The notes: generated by a model not told the origin, from the sequence alone. 64,000 bases of DNA from an uncultured Eubacteriales bacterium (GCA_964607705.1 CAZSLI010000004.1:83953-147952), one strand, 5' to 3'; positions 8,067 through 17,142 are shown, counted from the first letter of the stretch. Program-made: numbers and translations.

Positions 8067-9164
8067 CTACAGAGTCGCCATCTGCACGTTCGAGAAGTTC
8101 CTCTTGTAGAACTGAGCGTACTCGACCTTGCGCTCGAGGGCGCCGATGACGCCGTGCGCGAAGTTCACCTTCTCGAACTTCTGGGCGCTTCCGAGACCAC
8201 CCGGCGAGAACACGTTCACTTCCATCAGCTTGTCGCCGACGATGTCGAGGCCGACAAGGAACATCCCGTCGGCAACGAGCTTCGGCCGGACTATCTCGGC
8301 GATGCGAAGTTCACGCTCGGTTATCTCGGCGGGGGCGATGATCCCTCCCGCGTGGACGTTGCTCCTGATGTCGTCGCCTTGGCGGATGCGTCGGAAAGCA
8401 GCGAACTTGCCCTTATAGCGAAGCGGGCGGCCGTTCATCATGAAGAGCCGCGTGTCACCGTGCTCGGCCTCTTCGAGGTATTCCTGCGCGATGACGTAGC
8501 CGTCGCGGGTGAGAGCGTCGATCATCTGGTTCATGTTCTTGGTCGAGGCATGGTCGACGAGGAAGACGCCCTTGCCACCTGAGCCCTGGAGCGGCTTGAG
8601 AACGGCTCGGCCGCCCTCTTCCTTCACGAACTCCTTGATCTCATCGCGGTCGCGCGTGATGAGCGTCCGCGGACGGACTTCCTCGGGGAAGAGCTGGAAG
8701 TACATCTTGTTCATAGCCTTGCCCAGGCCGTTAGGATCGTTGAGCACGATCACGCCGTTGCGCAGCGCGATGCGGCCGAAGTCGATCCCCGAGTTCTGCA
8801 TCCAGGGCTTGTCGACGTCCTGGCTGGGGTCGTTGCGCAGCATGAGGACGTCGAGGTCATCGACGGTGATGCGTCGCGTGCGTGCGCTCTTGCCCTGCAA
8901 CCCGTTGAGATACGCGGAGCCCGCGTTGGCGGCGTACTTGTCCTTCGGGGCGTGCTTGGCGCGCGCTCGCACCTTCTCGTCGGGGTCGTATGCGAAGTCC
9001 CCCGGCGTCATCAGCCACGCCTCATGCCCGCGATTAATCGCGGCCATGGCCATACGCGTGGTCGTGTAGCCGGGCTGTTCAGTGGCGATGTCGTTGACGA
9101 CGAATCCGATCTTCACGACCGCGTTGATCCTTTCCAACAGCGCGAGCAGCGCGCTTCGAGCCAC
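8067..9164 (-). CDS. glutathione synthetase (GshB)-family ATP-grasp ligase
   Basis: It aligns by eye with E. coli GshB blocks: LDVLMLRNDP, VLKPLQGSGGKGVF, GDTRLFMMNG, NVHAGG and LVGLDIVGDKLMEVNVFSP. An alternative GTG start at 9116 (VKIGFVV) has the SD GGAAAGGA. Confidence 0.75.
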   Translation of the reverse strand: MARSALLALLERINAVVKIGFVVNDIATEQPGYTTTRMAMAAINRGHEAWLMTPGDFAYDPDEKVRARAKHAPKDKYAANAGSAYLNGLQGKSARTRRITVDDLDVLMLRNDPSQDVDKPWMQNSGIDFGRIALRNGVIVLNDPNGLGKAMNKMYFQLFPEEVRPRTLITRDRDEIKEFVKEEGGRAVLKPLQGSGGKGVFLVDHASTKNMNQMIDALTRDGYVIAQEYLEEAEHGDTRLFMMNGRPLRYKGKFAAFRRIRQGDDIRSNVHAGGIIAPAEITERELRIAEIVRPKLVADGMFLVGLDIVGDKLMEVNVFSPGGLGSAQKFEKVNFAHGVIGALERKVEYAQFYKRNFSNVQMATL

Positions 9165-9245
9165 AGGCGGGCGCCTGGAGCCGGACTAGTATGAACCCCA
9201 CCCGCCGGGTGGGGTAGAGGATTTCACAGAGAACTTACGAAGTCC

Positions 9246-10046
9246 CTAGCGCACCCTTGCGAGCGCCTCGCCAAGCGGAGCGCGGAGTCCGCACATAGCT
9301 TCACGAATCCGGCGAACGGCGGCCTCATCGGCGGCCCCTGTCCACTCATCCATATAGGTCTTCTTGAACTCGATCGCGATCGCGCACCCCTGCTCGGGGA
9401 ACGTGTCGCTGACCCAGTGGGCGAAGTGTCCGCCGCCGAACTTCACGTTCTCCCGCACGTCGAACCCCGCCGAGGACATGCCCCCCATGAACGCCTCGAC
9501 CACAGGCGCCCACCTTTCGCGGTCCAGACGGCGCGTGCCCACGTTGATCTCGGGGTTCTCGGCAGGGTCTGCGGGGATCGCGGACGGTCCCTCGCGCCGG
9601 TGGTTGTAGCTATGGATATCGAGTACGAGGAACCGCTCGGACCGCTCGGCGAGGCGCGAGAGTTCGTCGAACATCGCTGCATAGAAGGCATCGTAGACGG
9701 CTCGTGAGACCCGGTCTTCGGCGTCGGGCAACTCGCCCTGCCAGACGTCGAGGTCCCACGCATCCTTCGGTCCTTGGTAGACCGCGCGGAACCGCGGGCG
9801 ATTGAGGTCGACCTCGAACCGGCTTCGCAGCACCCGGACCAAGCGCATGCCCTCGGGTACCGTCGCCTCGGTGAACGGGTCTTCCTCCCGCAGGCGCTCC
9901 TCGGCAGTCAGCGCGAACCGCGGTTCGAGTCCCGGTCGCAGGTCGTGTCCTGCGTGGACGGCTACCGCGATGACGGGCTCATGCCAGTCGCCGTCGCGGA
10001 CCACCGCCAGCGGCGCGCCGCCCGCCTCGATGATGCGTTCGCTCAC
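9246..10046 (-). CDS. N-formylglutamate amidohydrolase (FGase) family hydrolase
   Basis: FGase-like blocks are present (VAVHAGHDL, EEDPFTE, LDIHSYNHRR, and GGHF near the C-terminus). I chose the GTG at 10046 because it forms a GTGA overlap with the upstream methyltransferase stop. Confidence 0.7.
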   Translation of the reverse strand: MSERIIEAGGAPLAVVRDGDWHEPVIAVAVHAGHDLRPGLEPRFALTAEERLREEDPFTEATVPEGMRLVRVLRSRFEVDLNRPRFRAVYQGPKDAWDLDVWQGELPDAEDRVSRAVYDAFYAAMFDELSRLAERSERFLVLDIHSYNHRREGPSAIPADPAENPEINVGTRRLDRERWAPVVEAFMGGMSSAGFDVRENVKFGGGHFAHWVSDTFPEQGCAIAIEFKKTYMDEWTGAADEAAVRRIREAMCGLRAPLGEALARVR

Positions 10047-10618
10047 GGGCGCCGGCCCGTGATCAACCAGTGCCACGGCAGGCCCTCATGGACGGTCACA
10101 TCGCCGAACCCGATGCTGCCGATGAGATCGGCCGCTTCCTCGGCAGCGATGCGGAACTCCAGCGGCGGCCCCTTCGGCGTTTCGATGGGCGCCCAGTCGA
10201 CCACGAGAAGTTGGCCTCCCGGGCGAAGTATCCGCAGCGCCTCCGCGTAGATGCGTTCCGGTTCCTCAAGCTCGTGGTGAAGCGAGACCATCAGGGCGAG
10301 GTCGGCCAACTCGTCTTGAAGCGGTATGCAGCACTCTGTGCTCAAGACCGGCACGAGTCGGCCGCTTTGCGTCTCCGTGCGATTGTCCCGCATCCAGTCG
10401 ATCATCACCGGCTCACTATCGACCGCATAGACGGTGGCTTGGGGCGCGAACTCGGCGAACTTGGACGCGAAGAGGCCGGTGCCCGCGCCGATGTCCACCA
10501 CGACTCCCGGGCCAGGCTCACCCAATGCGTCCCACATCACCTCGGGGATAAGCGTGTCGAACCGCCCGAGGTCGTTGAGCTTCTCCAGCTTGGCCGGGTC
10601 GAACTTGGCGTCAGGCAT
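10043..10618 (-). CDS. class I SAM-dependent methyltransferase
   Basis: Motif I is VVVDIGAGTGLF and the post-I acidic residue is in YAVDSEP. Its start overlaps the nhaA stop (ATGCCTGA at 10611-10618). Confidence 0.75.
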   Translation of the reverse strand: MPDAKFDPAKLEKLNDLGRFDTLIPEVMWDALGEPGPGVVVDIGAGTGLFASKFAEFAPQATVYAVDSEPVMIDWMRDNRTETQSGRLVPVLSTECCIPLQDELADLALMVSLHHELEEPERIYAEALRILRPGGQLLVVDWAPIETPKGPPLEFRIAAEEAADLIGSIGFGDVTVHEGLPWHWLITGRRP

Positions 10619-11966
10619 CGGGTCTCCCCGTCTCTACAGCGGGCACGGTCCGCAGCAGCACGTAGCCGAGCATGCCTGCGAACAGCGAACCCGCAAGGAT
10701 CGCCGCCTTGGACTCGACGGCGAGGTCGCTCGTGGGTCCGAATGCCAGGTTCGAGATGAACAGCGACATCGTAAAGCCCACCCCGCCCACCACCCCGACA
10801 CCGATCACGTGTCGCCACGTGACGCTATCGGGCAGCGTCGCCAGTCGCAGGCGCACGGCGATCCACGATGCCCCGGCGATACCGATGGGCTTTCCCACCA
10901 GCAGGCCGAGGATGACGCCGAGCGCGAGCGGCGAATGGAGCCCGGCGCCATCACCCACCAGTCGCACGCCAGCGTTGGCCAGCGCGAAGAGCGGCAGCAC
11001 GAAGAACGTGGTAAAGGGGTGAAGGGCGAACTCGAGACGCTGCAGTGGCGCGATGGTGGACACCGCAGTCTGCGCGAGTCCGCGCGCGAGGCGCTGTGGC
11101 TCGTCATCGGAAAGCGTGTGCGCGCCCGGCACCGCCACCTGGTCGATCCGCCGGATGGTCTCTCGGCTGATCTCCGTGCACGTCTGAGGTGAGATGCGAG
11201 CCAGCGTCGGCACCGTCATGGCGGCGATGACGCCGGCGATCGTCGCGTGGACGCCTGAGTTGAGGATGCAGAACCACAGCACCGCCGCTCCGGCGAGGTA
11301 TGCCAGCGGCTCTTGGACCCGCCGGAGATTCATCAGCACCAGAACAGCCAGGGGAACAAGACCCGCGGCGAGCCACTCCCACCGGATGTCGGTGGTATAG
11401 AACAACGCGATCACGAGGATCGCGCCGATGTCATCGGCTATGGCAAGCGCGGTGAGGAAGACCTTGAGCGCCGTCGGCAAACGCGAGCCCAGTACCGCGA
11501 GCACCCCGAGCGCGAATGCGATGTCGGTGGCCATGGGGATCCCCCAGCCGCCCGCGGCCGGACCGCCCGCGTTGACTGCCGCGTAGATCGCCGCAGGCAT
11601 GAGCATGCCGCCAAGCGCCGCCAACACCGGCAGGGCGGCGCCGCGCATGGTCGACAGCTCGCCGACCACGAACTCGCGCTTGATCTCGAGGCCGACAACG
11701 AAGAAGAAGACGGCCATGAGCCCGTCGTCGACCCAGTGCTTCAGCGATTGCTCGAACTCGACCGGGCCGAACGTGAAGCCGGCCTGCATGTGCCAGAACG
11801 CGTCGAAGCCGGTCTGCCACGGGCTGTTCGCGATGACGAGTGCGATGATCGTGGCGATTCCGAGAACGGCGACGCCCGCGAGCTCTCCGTGAGCGAACTG
11901 CGCGATGCCCCCTGAGGAGACGTCGCTGCGCGAGTCCTCGGCAGGGCACTCGGTCTCGAGAGCCAT
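10611..11966 (-). CDS. nhaA: Na+/H+ antiporter NhaA
   Basis: NhaA blocks are WVDDGLMAVFFFVVGLEIKRE and ALAIADDIGAI. The start at 11966 lies 10 nt downstream of the GNAT stop. Confidence 0.9.
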   Translation of the reverse strand: MALETECPAEDSRSDVSSGGIAQFAHGELAGVAVLGIATIIALVIANSPWQTGFDAFWHMQAGFTFGPVEFEQSLKHWVDDGLMAVFFFVVGLEIKREFVVGELSTMRGAALPVLAALGGMLMPAAIYAAVNAGGPAAGGWGIPMATDIAFALGVLAVLGSRLPTALKVFLTALAIADDIGAILVIALFYTTDIRWEWLAAGLVPLAVLVLMNLRRVQEPLAYLAGAAVLWFCILNSGVHATIAGVIAAMTVPTLARISPQTCTEISRETIRRIDQVAVPGAHTLSDDEPQRLARGLAQTAVSTIAPLQRLEFALHPFTTFFVLPLFALANAGVRLVGDGAGLHSPLALGVILGLLVGKPIGIAGASWIAVRLRLATLPDSVTWRHVIGVGVVGGVGFTMSLFISNLAFGPTSDLAVESKAAILAGSLFAGMLGYVLLRTVPAVETGRPDA

Positions 11967-11976
11967 CGCTATCCTC

Positions 11977-12474
11977 TCATCCGAGGACGAGTTCCATGAT
12001 GACCACATCGAGCCAGCGGTCGAACTTGCGGCCACACTCGCGGATGGTTCCCACTCGCTGGAAACCGGCGCGCTCGGTCATCTTGATGCTCGCGAAGTTC
12101 CCGCCGACTATCTGGCTGAGCAGCACGTGGTGTCCCACCTCGCGGGCTGCTTCGATCACGCGGTCGAGCAGGCGCCCTCCGAGGCCCTTGCCCACAGTGC
12201 CGTGATCCAAGTAGACGGCCACCTCACACGTGTGCCGCCAGGCGGGCCGCTCGCGGTAGGGCGAGAGCGCCGCCCAGCCGATGACCTCGGAGCCCGACTC
12301 GGCGACGAAGACCGGGTGCGCATCCGTTCGCGCGCGAAGCCACTCGACGCGGTCTTCGGGCGACTTCTCGGCGGTGTCGAAGGTCGCTGTCGAGGTCAGG
12401 ATGTAGTGGTTGTAGATGCGGGCGATCGCAGCCGCGTCCGATTCGATTGCAGGTCGGATGATGATGTCGGACAT
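11977..12474 (-). CDS. GNAT N-acetyltransferase, phosphinothricin/methionine-sulfoximine acetyltransferase-like
   Basis: IRPAIESDAAAIARIYNHYILTSTATFD plus the GNAT motif A region (GKGLGGRLL) are typical of the PAT subfamily. Confidence 0.8.
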   Translation of the reverse strand: MSDIIIRPAIESDAAAIARIYNHYILTSTATFDTAEKSPEDRVEWLRARTDAHPVFVAESGSEVIGWAALSPYRERPAWRHTCEVAVYLDHGTVGKGLGGRLLDRVIEAAREVGHHVLLSQIVGGNFASIKMTERAGFQRVGTIRECGRKFDRWLDVVIMELVLG

Positions 12475-12586
12475 GTGCGTAGGTCAGTCCCCTCGGCCTG
12501 AAGATCCCTGCAGTGGTCGCGCCTCCAAATCATACTTCGCAACTCCGAATGTGGCACACGCGTTGCTATTTGGTTTGCAGAGTGCG

Positions 12587-12734
12587 GCGACCCGCCTTCC
12601 CCTCCCCCCTCGGGCGGGGCGCGCCCCTCGAACATACAGAACGCGCCTCCCCCTCAGGCGCGTTCTGGCTTTCCGGGACGTCCCCCCGCCCCGGAAATAT
12701 GAGAAGGCCCGCCTCCCCCCAGGCGGGCCTTCTT
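12587..12734 (+). ncRNA. candidate 6C-like small RNA: four tandem hairpins with C-rich loops (strand uncertain)
   Basis: The hairpins are at 12587-12622, 12637-12667, 12670-12697 and 12702-12733. Their stems are unrelated in sequence, but each loop contains TCCCCC, and three have exactly six consecutive C. See findings. Confidence 0.35.
12702..12733 (-). terminator. intrinsic terminator candidate after pstB (possibly bidirectional)
   Basis: A 12-bp GC-rich stem AGAAGGCCCGCC/GGCGGGCCTTCT has an 8-nt loop. On the minus strand it is followed by CAUAUUU. It lies 48 nt downstream of the pstB stop. Confidence 0.5.
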
Positions 12735-12780
12735 CGTATCCGTCCGACAAGCTGCCGAGAAACCCGGTGACGCTCTCCGC

Positions 12781-13581
12781 CTAGCCGAAGCGCCCGGTGA
12801 TGTAGGCCTCTGTGCGCTTGTCCTGAGGGTTGGTGAACATGGTCTTAGTCTCGCCCATCTCGACGAGCCCGGCGGGTCGCTCCATGGACTCGCGGAGCAT
12901 GAACGCGGTCTGGTCGGATATGCGCGCCGCTTGCTGCATGTTGTGAGTGACGATCACGATGGTGACATCGGGTGCGAGCTCGGCGATGGTGTCTTCCACC
13001 TGCTGCGTCGAGATCGGGTCGAGCGCCGAGGCCGGCTCGTCCATAAGCAGGACTTCGGGGCGCGTCGCGAGCGCTCGCGCGATGCAGAGGCGCTGCTGCT
13101 GCCCGCCGGACAGCTCGAACGCGTGCTTCTTGAGCGAGTTCTTCACTTCGTCCCACAGCGCCGCGCGTTCGAGTGACGTGCGCACGAGCGCGTCGAGCTC
13201 TGCCCGGTTGCGGATGCCCTGGGTCCGGGGGCCATACGCCACGTTGTCGAAGATCGTCATGGGAAACGGGTTGGGCCGCTGGAACACCATTCCCACACTC
13301 ATCCGCAGGTCGACCGGGTCGACCTCTCGGCTGTAGATGTCGGCACCGTCGAGCATGAGCTTCCCGCCGACCGTGACATTGCCGATCTCGTCGTTCATCC
13401 GGTTGAGACACCGCAGAAGCGTCGACTTGCCGCACCCCGAGGGGCCGATGAGAGCCGTCACTGACTTCGCCGGTATCTGCATGCTCACGCCGGCGATCGC
13501 CGTCTCCTTGCCGTACGTCACCGAGACGTCGCGGAGGTCGAATCGCCCCGAAGCGCTTTGGGCCACGGACTGGGTCACCAT
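12781..13581 (-). CDS. pstB: phosphate ABC transporter ATP-binding protein PstB
   Basis: Walker A is GPSGCGKST, with PstB-specific CLNRMND and [17 protein letters not shown], and the signature LSGGQQQR. The start at 13581 overlaps the pstA stop (ATGGTGA). ATG 13611 is an alternative start. Confidence 0.9.
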   Translation of the reverse strand: MVTQSVAQSASGRFDLRDVSVTYGKETAIAGVSMQIPAKSVTALIGPSGCGKSTLLRCLNRMNDEIGNVTVGGKLMLDGADIYSREVDPVDLRMSVGMVFQRPNPFPMTIFDNVAYGPRTQGIRNRAELDALVRTSLERAALWDEVKNSLKKHAFELSGGQQQRLCIARALATRPEVLLMDEPASALDPISTQQVEDTIAELAPDVTIVIVTHNMQQAARISDQTAFMLRESMERPAGLVEMGETKTMFTNPQDKRTEAYITGRFG

Positions 13582-14447
13582 CGGATCTTGCTCCTTTGCC
13601 GAGAACGCCATGCGGCGGCGGCGACACCTACGGCGGTGACGCCTGCGACGAGTACGAGGGCGGTGCCCCACACGACGTGGGGAGCCGGCTTAACGGCCTG
13701 CGTGGCCATGATGTAGAGGTGGTACGGCAGCGCCATCGTCCGGTCGAAAGGCGTCCGCGGCAGCGGCGCCGAAAACGCGGCGGCCGTCATGAGGATGGGT
13801 GCTGTCTCGCCCGCCGCACGCGACAGGCCGAGGATGGCGCCGGTGACGATGCCGGGGGCCGCGGCGGGCAGGACCACGCGCGTCACGGTACGCAGGCGCG
13901 TCGCGCCCAGCGCGAGGGACGCCTGCCGCAGGTCGCTCGGGACCTGGCGTAGCGACTCCTCGGTGGAGGTGATGATGATCGGCAGCGTGAGACACGCGAG
14001 CGTGAGCGAGCCGGCCAGCAATGACTGGTTGAACTTCATCGCCATGACGAAGACCGCGAGGCCGAACAGCCCGTACACGATCGAAGGCACGCCGGCCATG
14101 TTCGCGATCGAGAGTCGGATGACGCGGGTCACGGGGCCCCGGGTGGCGTACTCGGCGAGGTAGATGCCAGTGCCGACGCCGATGGGGATGGCAAACGCCG
14201 CCGTGCCGACGACCAGCCAGAACGTGCCGACGATCGCGGGCCAGATACCGCCAGCGGTCATCTGCTCGCGTGGCATCGCGAAGATGAACTCCGCCGAGAT
14301 GCTCGGTGCGCCCTTCCAGATGATCATGCCGAGGATGGCCAAGGTGAGGCCCATGGTCCCGAACAGGCAGACCCCCGTGATGAGCTTCATCCCGGTCTCG
14401 ATCGCACGGGCGCGCACAACGCGCGGGTTGCGCCTCATCGGCGCCAC
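13575..14447 (-). CDS. pstA: phosphate ABC transporter permease PstA
   Basis: A polytopic permease with the EAA-like loop ([16 protein letters not shown]). It sits between pstC and pstB. Confidence 0.9.
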   Translation of the reverse strand: MAPMRRNPRVVRARAIETGMKLITGVCLFGTMGLTLAILGMIIWKGAPSISAEFIFAMPREQMTAGGIWPAIVGTFWLVVGTAAFAIPIGVGTGIYLAEYATRGPVTRVIRLSIANMAGVPSIVYGLFGLAVFVMAMKFNQSLLAGSLTLACLTLPIIITSTEESLRQVPSDLRQASLALGATRLRTVTRVVLPAAAPGIVTGAILGLSRAAGETAPILMTAAAFSAPLPRTPFDRTMALPYHLYIMATQAVKPAPHVVWGTALVLVAGVTAVGVAAAAWRSRQRSKIRW

Positions 14448-15361
14448 CGCCTGCGCTGCTTCTCGAGCACGTGATCGGCCGCGAGATTGACGAGGAAGGT
14501 GATCCCGAACAGCACGAGCGCCATCGCGAACAGCACTGAGAAGTGGGTACCGCCCCGCACAACCTCGGCCATCTCGCCCGCGATCGTGCCGGTGAGTGTA
14601 CGCGCGGCCTCGAAGGGCGTGCGCACGATCAGCCCTGAGTTGCCCGCGATCATCAACACCACCATGGTCTCGCCGATGGCACGGCCGAGCCCGAGCATGA
14701 CCGCGGCGAAGATCCCGGAGCTCGCAGCGGGCATGACGACCTTATGCGTGGTCTGCCAGCGCGTGTTGCCCAGTGCGAGCGATCCCTGCCGCAGCGCGTC
14801 GGGGACGCTGTGAAGCGCGTCCTCGGAGATGGAGATGATCGTGGGCAGGCACAGGACGCCGACCACGAGCCCCGCGGAGAAGGCGGTCAACCCGCTCGAG
14901 AGCCCGAACGCGACCCGCACCCACGGCACAACGAACGCCAGGCCGAGAAGACCGAGGACGACCGAGGGCACGGCCGCCATGAACTCGACGACCGACTTGC
15001 CGAGCTCCTTCACGCGTCCGTGGGCGAACTCGGAGAGGTACACGGCCGCGCCGATGCCCACGGGCACGGACATGAGAAGCGCGATGAAAGTCACCCAGAG
15101 CGAGCCCACTTCGGAGGGGAGGAATCCGAAGCGAGCCGGATCGGATGTGGGGAACCAGTCGGTGCCGGCGAGCATGGAGCCGAGCCCCACTTCGCGCAGG
15201 GCCCGCAGCGCATTGAGCGCGAGGAAGATGAAGATACCGGCGAGGACGGCGATCGCCACCCACCCCGACACGGCTATGAGTCTCCTGACGACGACGTCAG
15301 CCGCCCGGCCAAAAGCCGGGCGGCTGCGTCGTGCCGTCAGATCATGTGACGGCTTTGCCAT
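14435..15361 (-). CDS. pstC: phosphate ABC transporter permease PstC
   Basis: A polytopic permease with GSLALGNTRWQTTHKVVMPAA, which is typical of PstC. Its end overlaps the pstA start. Confidence 0.9.
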   Translation of the reverse strand: MAKPSHDLTARRSRPAFGRAADVVVRRLIAVSGWVAIAVLAGIFIFLALNALRALREVGLGSMLAGTDWFPTSDPARFGFLPSEVGSLWVTFIALLMSVPVGIGAAVYLSEFAHGRVKELGKSVVEFMAAVPSVVLGLLGLAFVVPWVRVAFGLSSGLTAFSAGLVVGVLCLPTIISISEDALHSVPDALRQGSLALGNTRWQTTHKVVMPAASSGIFAAVMLGLGRAIGETMVVLMIAGNSGLIVRTPFEAARTLTGTIAGEMAEVVRGGTHFSVLFAMALVLFGITFLVNLAADHVLEKQRRRWRR

Positions 15362-15376
15362 TCCTGTGTGATCCGC

Positions 15377-16234
15377 CTACTTCGCGAGTGGGACGAAGCC
15401 CTGGTCGGCCACGAGCTTCTGGCCGGCATCCGAAAGGATCCAGTCCAGGTACGCCTTCTTGGCGCCGTCGGCCTTCCCGTTGCTGTACATGTACAGACCG
15501 CGGCTGAGCGGGTAGCTGCCATCGAGGACGGTGTCGACCGTCGCGGCGATGCCACCAACGGTGACCGGCTTGATCTGGGCGTTCTCGTAGCCCAGGCCCA
15601 CGTACCCGATCGCGTCGGCGTTCTTCGAGACCTCATCCACGATCGCCTGGCTCGACTGCAGGTTCTTCATGGCCTTGGCGTACTCGGCGTCCTTGCCGAC
15701 CACGGCCTCCTTGAAGAACTCGTAGGTACCCGACGAGGTATCACGTCCGAGGAGCACGATGGGCTTGTCGTTACCGCCCACGTCCTTCCAGTTCGTGATC
15801 TCACCACGATAGATGCTCCCGAGCTGCTCGACGGTGAGGTCGGCGACCGGATTGGCCGGGTTCACGAGCACGGCGATGCCGTCCTTCGCGACCTCGGTCT
15901 CGACCGGATCAACGCCTGCGTCGGCGGCCTGCTGCTTCTCCTCGGCCTTCATCTCGCGTGACGCGTTGGCGAAGTCGACGGTGCCGTTGACGAGCGCGGC
16001 GATTCCGGTGCCCGTGCCGCCGCCCGTGACCGAGATGGTCACGCCGGGGTTGTCGTTCTGAAATGCCTCGGCCCACGCCTGGGCGAGGTTGACCATCGTG
16101 TCAGAGCCTTGAACGGTGAGCGAACCGGTCAGTTCTCCGGCCGCGCCGCCATCGCTCGACGCCCGACCGCAACCGGTCAGCGCCAGCGCAAGCGCGATCC
16201 CGAGAACCAGAGCAACCAACTTCCCAGCCTTCAC
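15377..16234 (-). CDS. pstS: phosphate-binding lipoprotein PstS
   Basis: It has a GTG start with the SD GGGGAG and a lipobox LTGC. The PBP_like_2 pattern is present (GSDTMVNLAQAWAEAF..GGGTGTGI). Confidence 0.85.
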   Translation of the reverse strand: MKAGKLVALVLGIALALALTGCGRASSDGGAAGELTGSLTVQGSDTMVNLAQAWAEAFQNDNPGVTISVTGGGTGTGIAALVNGTVDFANASREMKAEEKQQAADAGVDPVETEVAKDGIAVLVNPANPVADLTVEQLGSIYRGEITNWKDVGGNDKPIVLLGRDTSSGTYEFFKEAVVGKDAEYAKAMKNLQSSQAIVDEVSKNADAIGYVGLGYENAQIKPVTVGGIAATVDTVLDGSYPLSRGLYMYSNGKADGAKKAYLDWILSDAGQKLVADQGFVPLAK

Positions 16235-16351
16235 GGCAAACTCCCCTTCGATAAGACGGGTCCTCTGCGACGCCTAGCCGACGTCGTCGTGATGACTCTA
16301 GGTTCCCCGCCGGGAGGAGGGGTTGCACCGATGTAAACTTCGGGAACGTTG

Positions 16352-16384
16352 TGTTAAGCAGTTGTTAAATCAGTCACGAAGCTG
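16352..16384. promoter_or_regulatory. candidate Pho box (11-bp periodic direct repeats)
   Basis: TGTTAAgcagt / TGTTAAatcag / TCACGAagctg run on the + strand. On the - strand this reads TTAACA-N5-TTAACA. The site lies in the divergent pstS / response-regulator intergenic region and abuts the -10 at 16397. Confidence 0.4.
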
Positions 16385-16396
16385 TGCATCCGCCCG

Positions 16397-16402
16397 TAGA
16401 AT
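16397..16402 (+). promoter_or_regulatory. candidate -10 box TAGAAT for the response regulator / kinase operon
   Basis: TAGAAT lies 36 nt upstream of the GTG at 16438. The SD GAGGAG at 16422-16427 lies between them. Confidence 0.4.
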
Positions 16403-16437
16403 GCCTCGTGTAAAGGTTGCCGAGGAGAAGAGCAGAC

Positions 16438-17142
16438 GTGTCGTCGATCCTCGTCGTCGAAGACGATCCGATCATCAGGCAGACGGTGGAGTACGCCCTC
16501 AAACGGGCCGGCTTCACGGTGCGCTCGGCCGCCGATGGCACCGAAGGCGTACGGCTGGCCGCCGAGATGATGCCCGACCTACTCCTGCTCGACCTCATGC
16601 TCCCAGGCATGAGCGGCTACGAGGTCGCCGAACAGGTGCGCTCCACCGACAAGGAGACCGCAATCATCATGGTCTCGGCACTCGACGCCGAGCGAGACAA
16701 GGTGCGCGGGCTGGACGCTGGCGCGGACGACTACATCACCAAGCCGTTCTCCATGGAGGAGCTGCTCGCACGGGTCCGCGCGAACCTGCGCCGCGTACGG
16801 GCACGCGAGGCGTTGGCGGAACAGGCGCTCATCGAGCGCGGTGACCTCGTGATCGACCCGGCCGGCTTCAAGGTGACCGTCGCCGGCACGCCGGTCCGGC
16901 TGCGTACCAAGGAGTTCCAGGTACTCCTGACACTGGCCCGCCACGAGGGCAAGCTCTACACCCGCCAGATGCTCGCCGAGGAAGTCTGGGGCTACGACCA
17001 CATGGCCTCGTCCCGCACGATCGACGTGCACATCCGACGTGTCCGGCAGGCAGTCGAGGAGCACTCGGCCTTCACCTACGTGCAGACGGTCCACGGCATG
17101 GGCTACCGCTTCGAGCCGCTTCCTCGCGAGAGCGCCCGATGA
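16438..17142 (+). CDS. OmpR/PhoB-family response regulator (PhoP/RegX3-like)
   Basis: The receiver domain shows ILVVEDD..LLLLDLMLPGMSG..KP. A winged-helix output domain follows (LTLARHEGKLYTRQML..TIDVHIRRVR..VHGMGYRF). It has a GTG start with an SD. Confidence 0.9.
   Translation: MSSILVVEDDPIIRQTVEYALKRAGFTVRSAADGTEGVRLAAEMMPDLLLLDLMLPGMSGYEVAEQVRSTDKETAIIMVSALDAERDKVRGLDAGADDYITKPFSMEELLARVRANLRRVRAREALAEQALIERGDLVIDPAGFKVTVAGTPVRLRTKEFQVLLTLARHEGKLYTRQMLAEEVWGYDHMASSRTIDVHIRRVRQAVEEHSAFTYVQTVHGMGYRFEPLPRESAR

Noticed and set aside
12416-12784. Several 79-122-aa ORFs on both strands in the GNAT-pstB intergenic region
   Set aside because: They are translations of the hairpin array (Pro/Gly/Arg runs from C and G tracts), with no SD or start context. 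The RNA-structure explanation is preferred.
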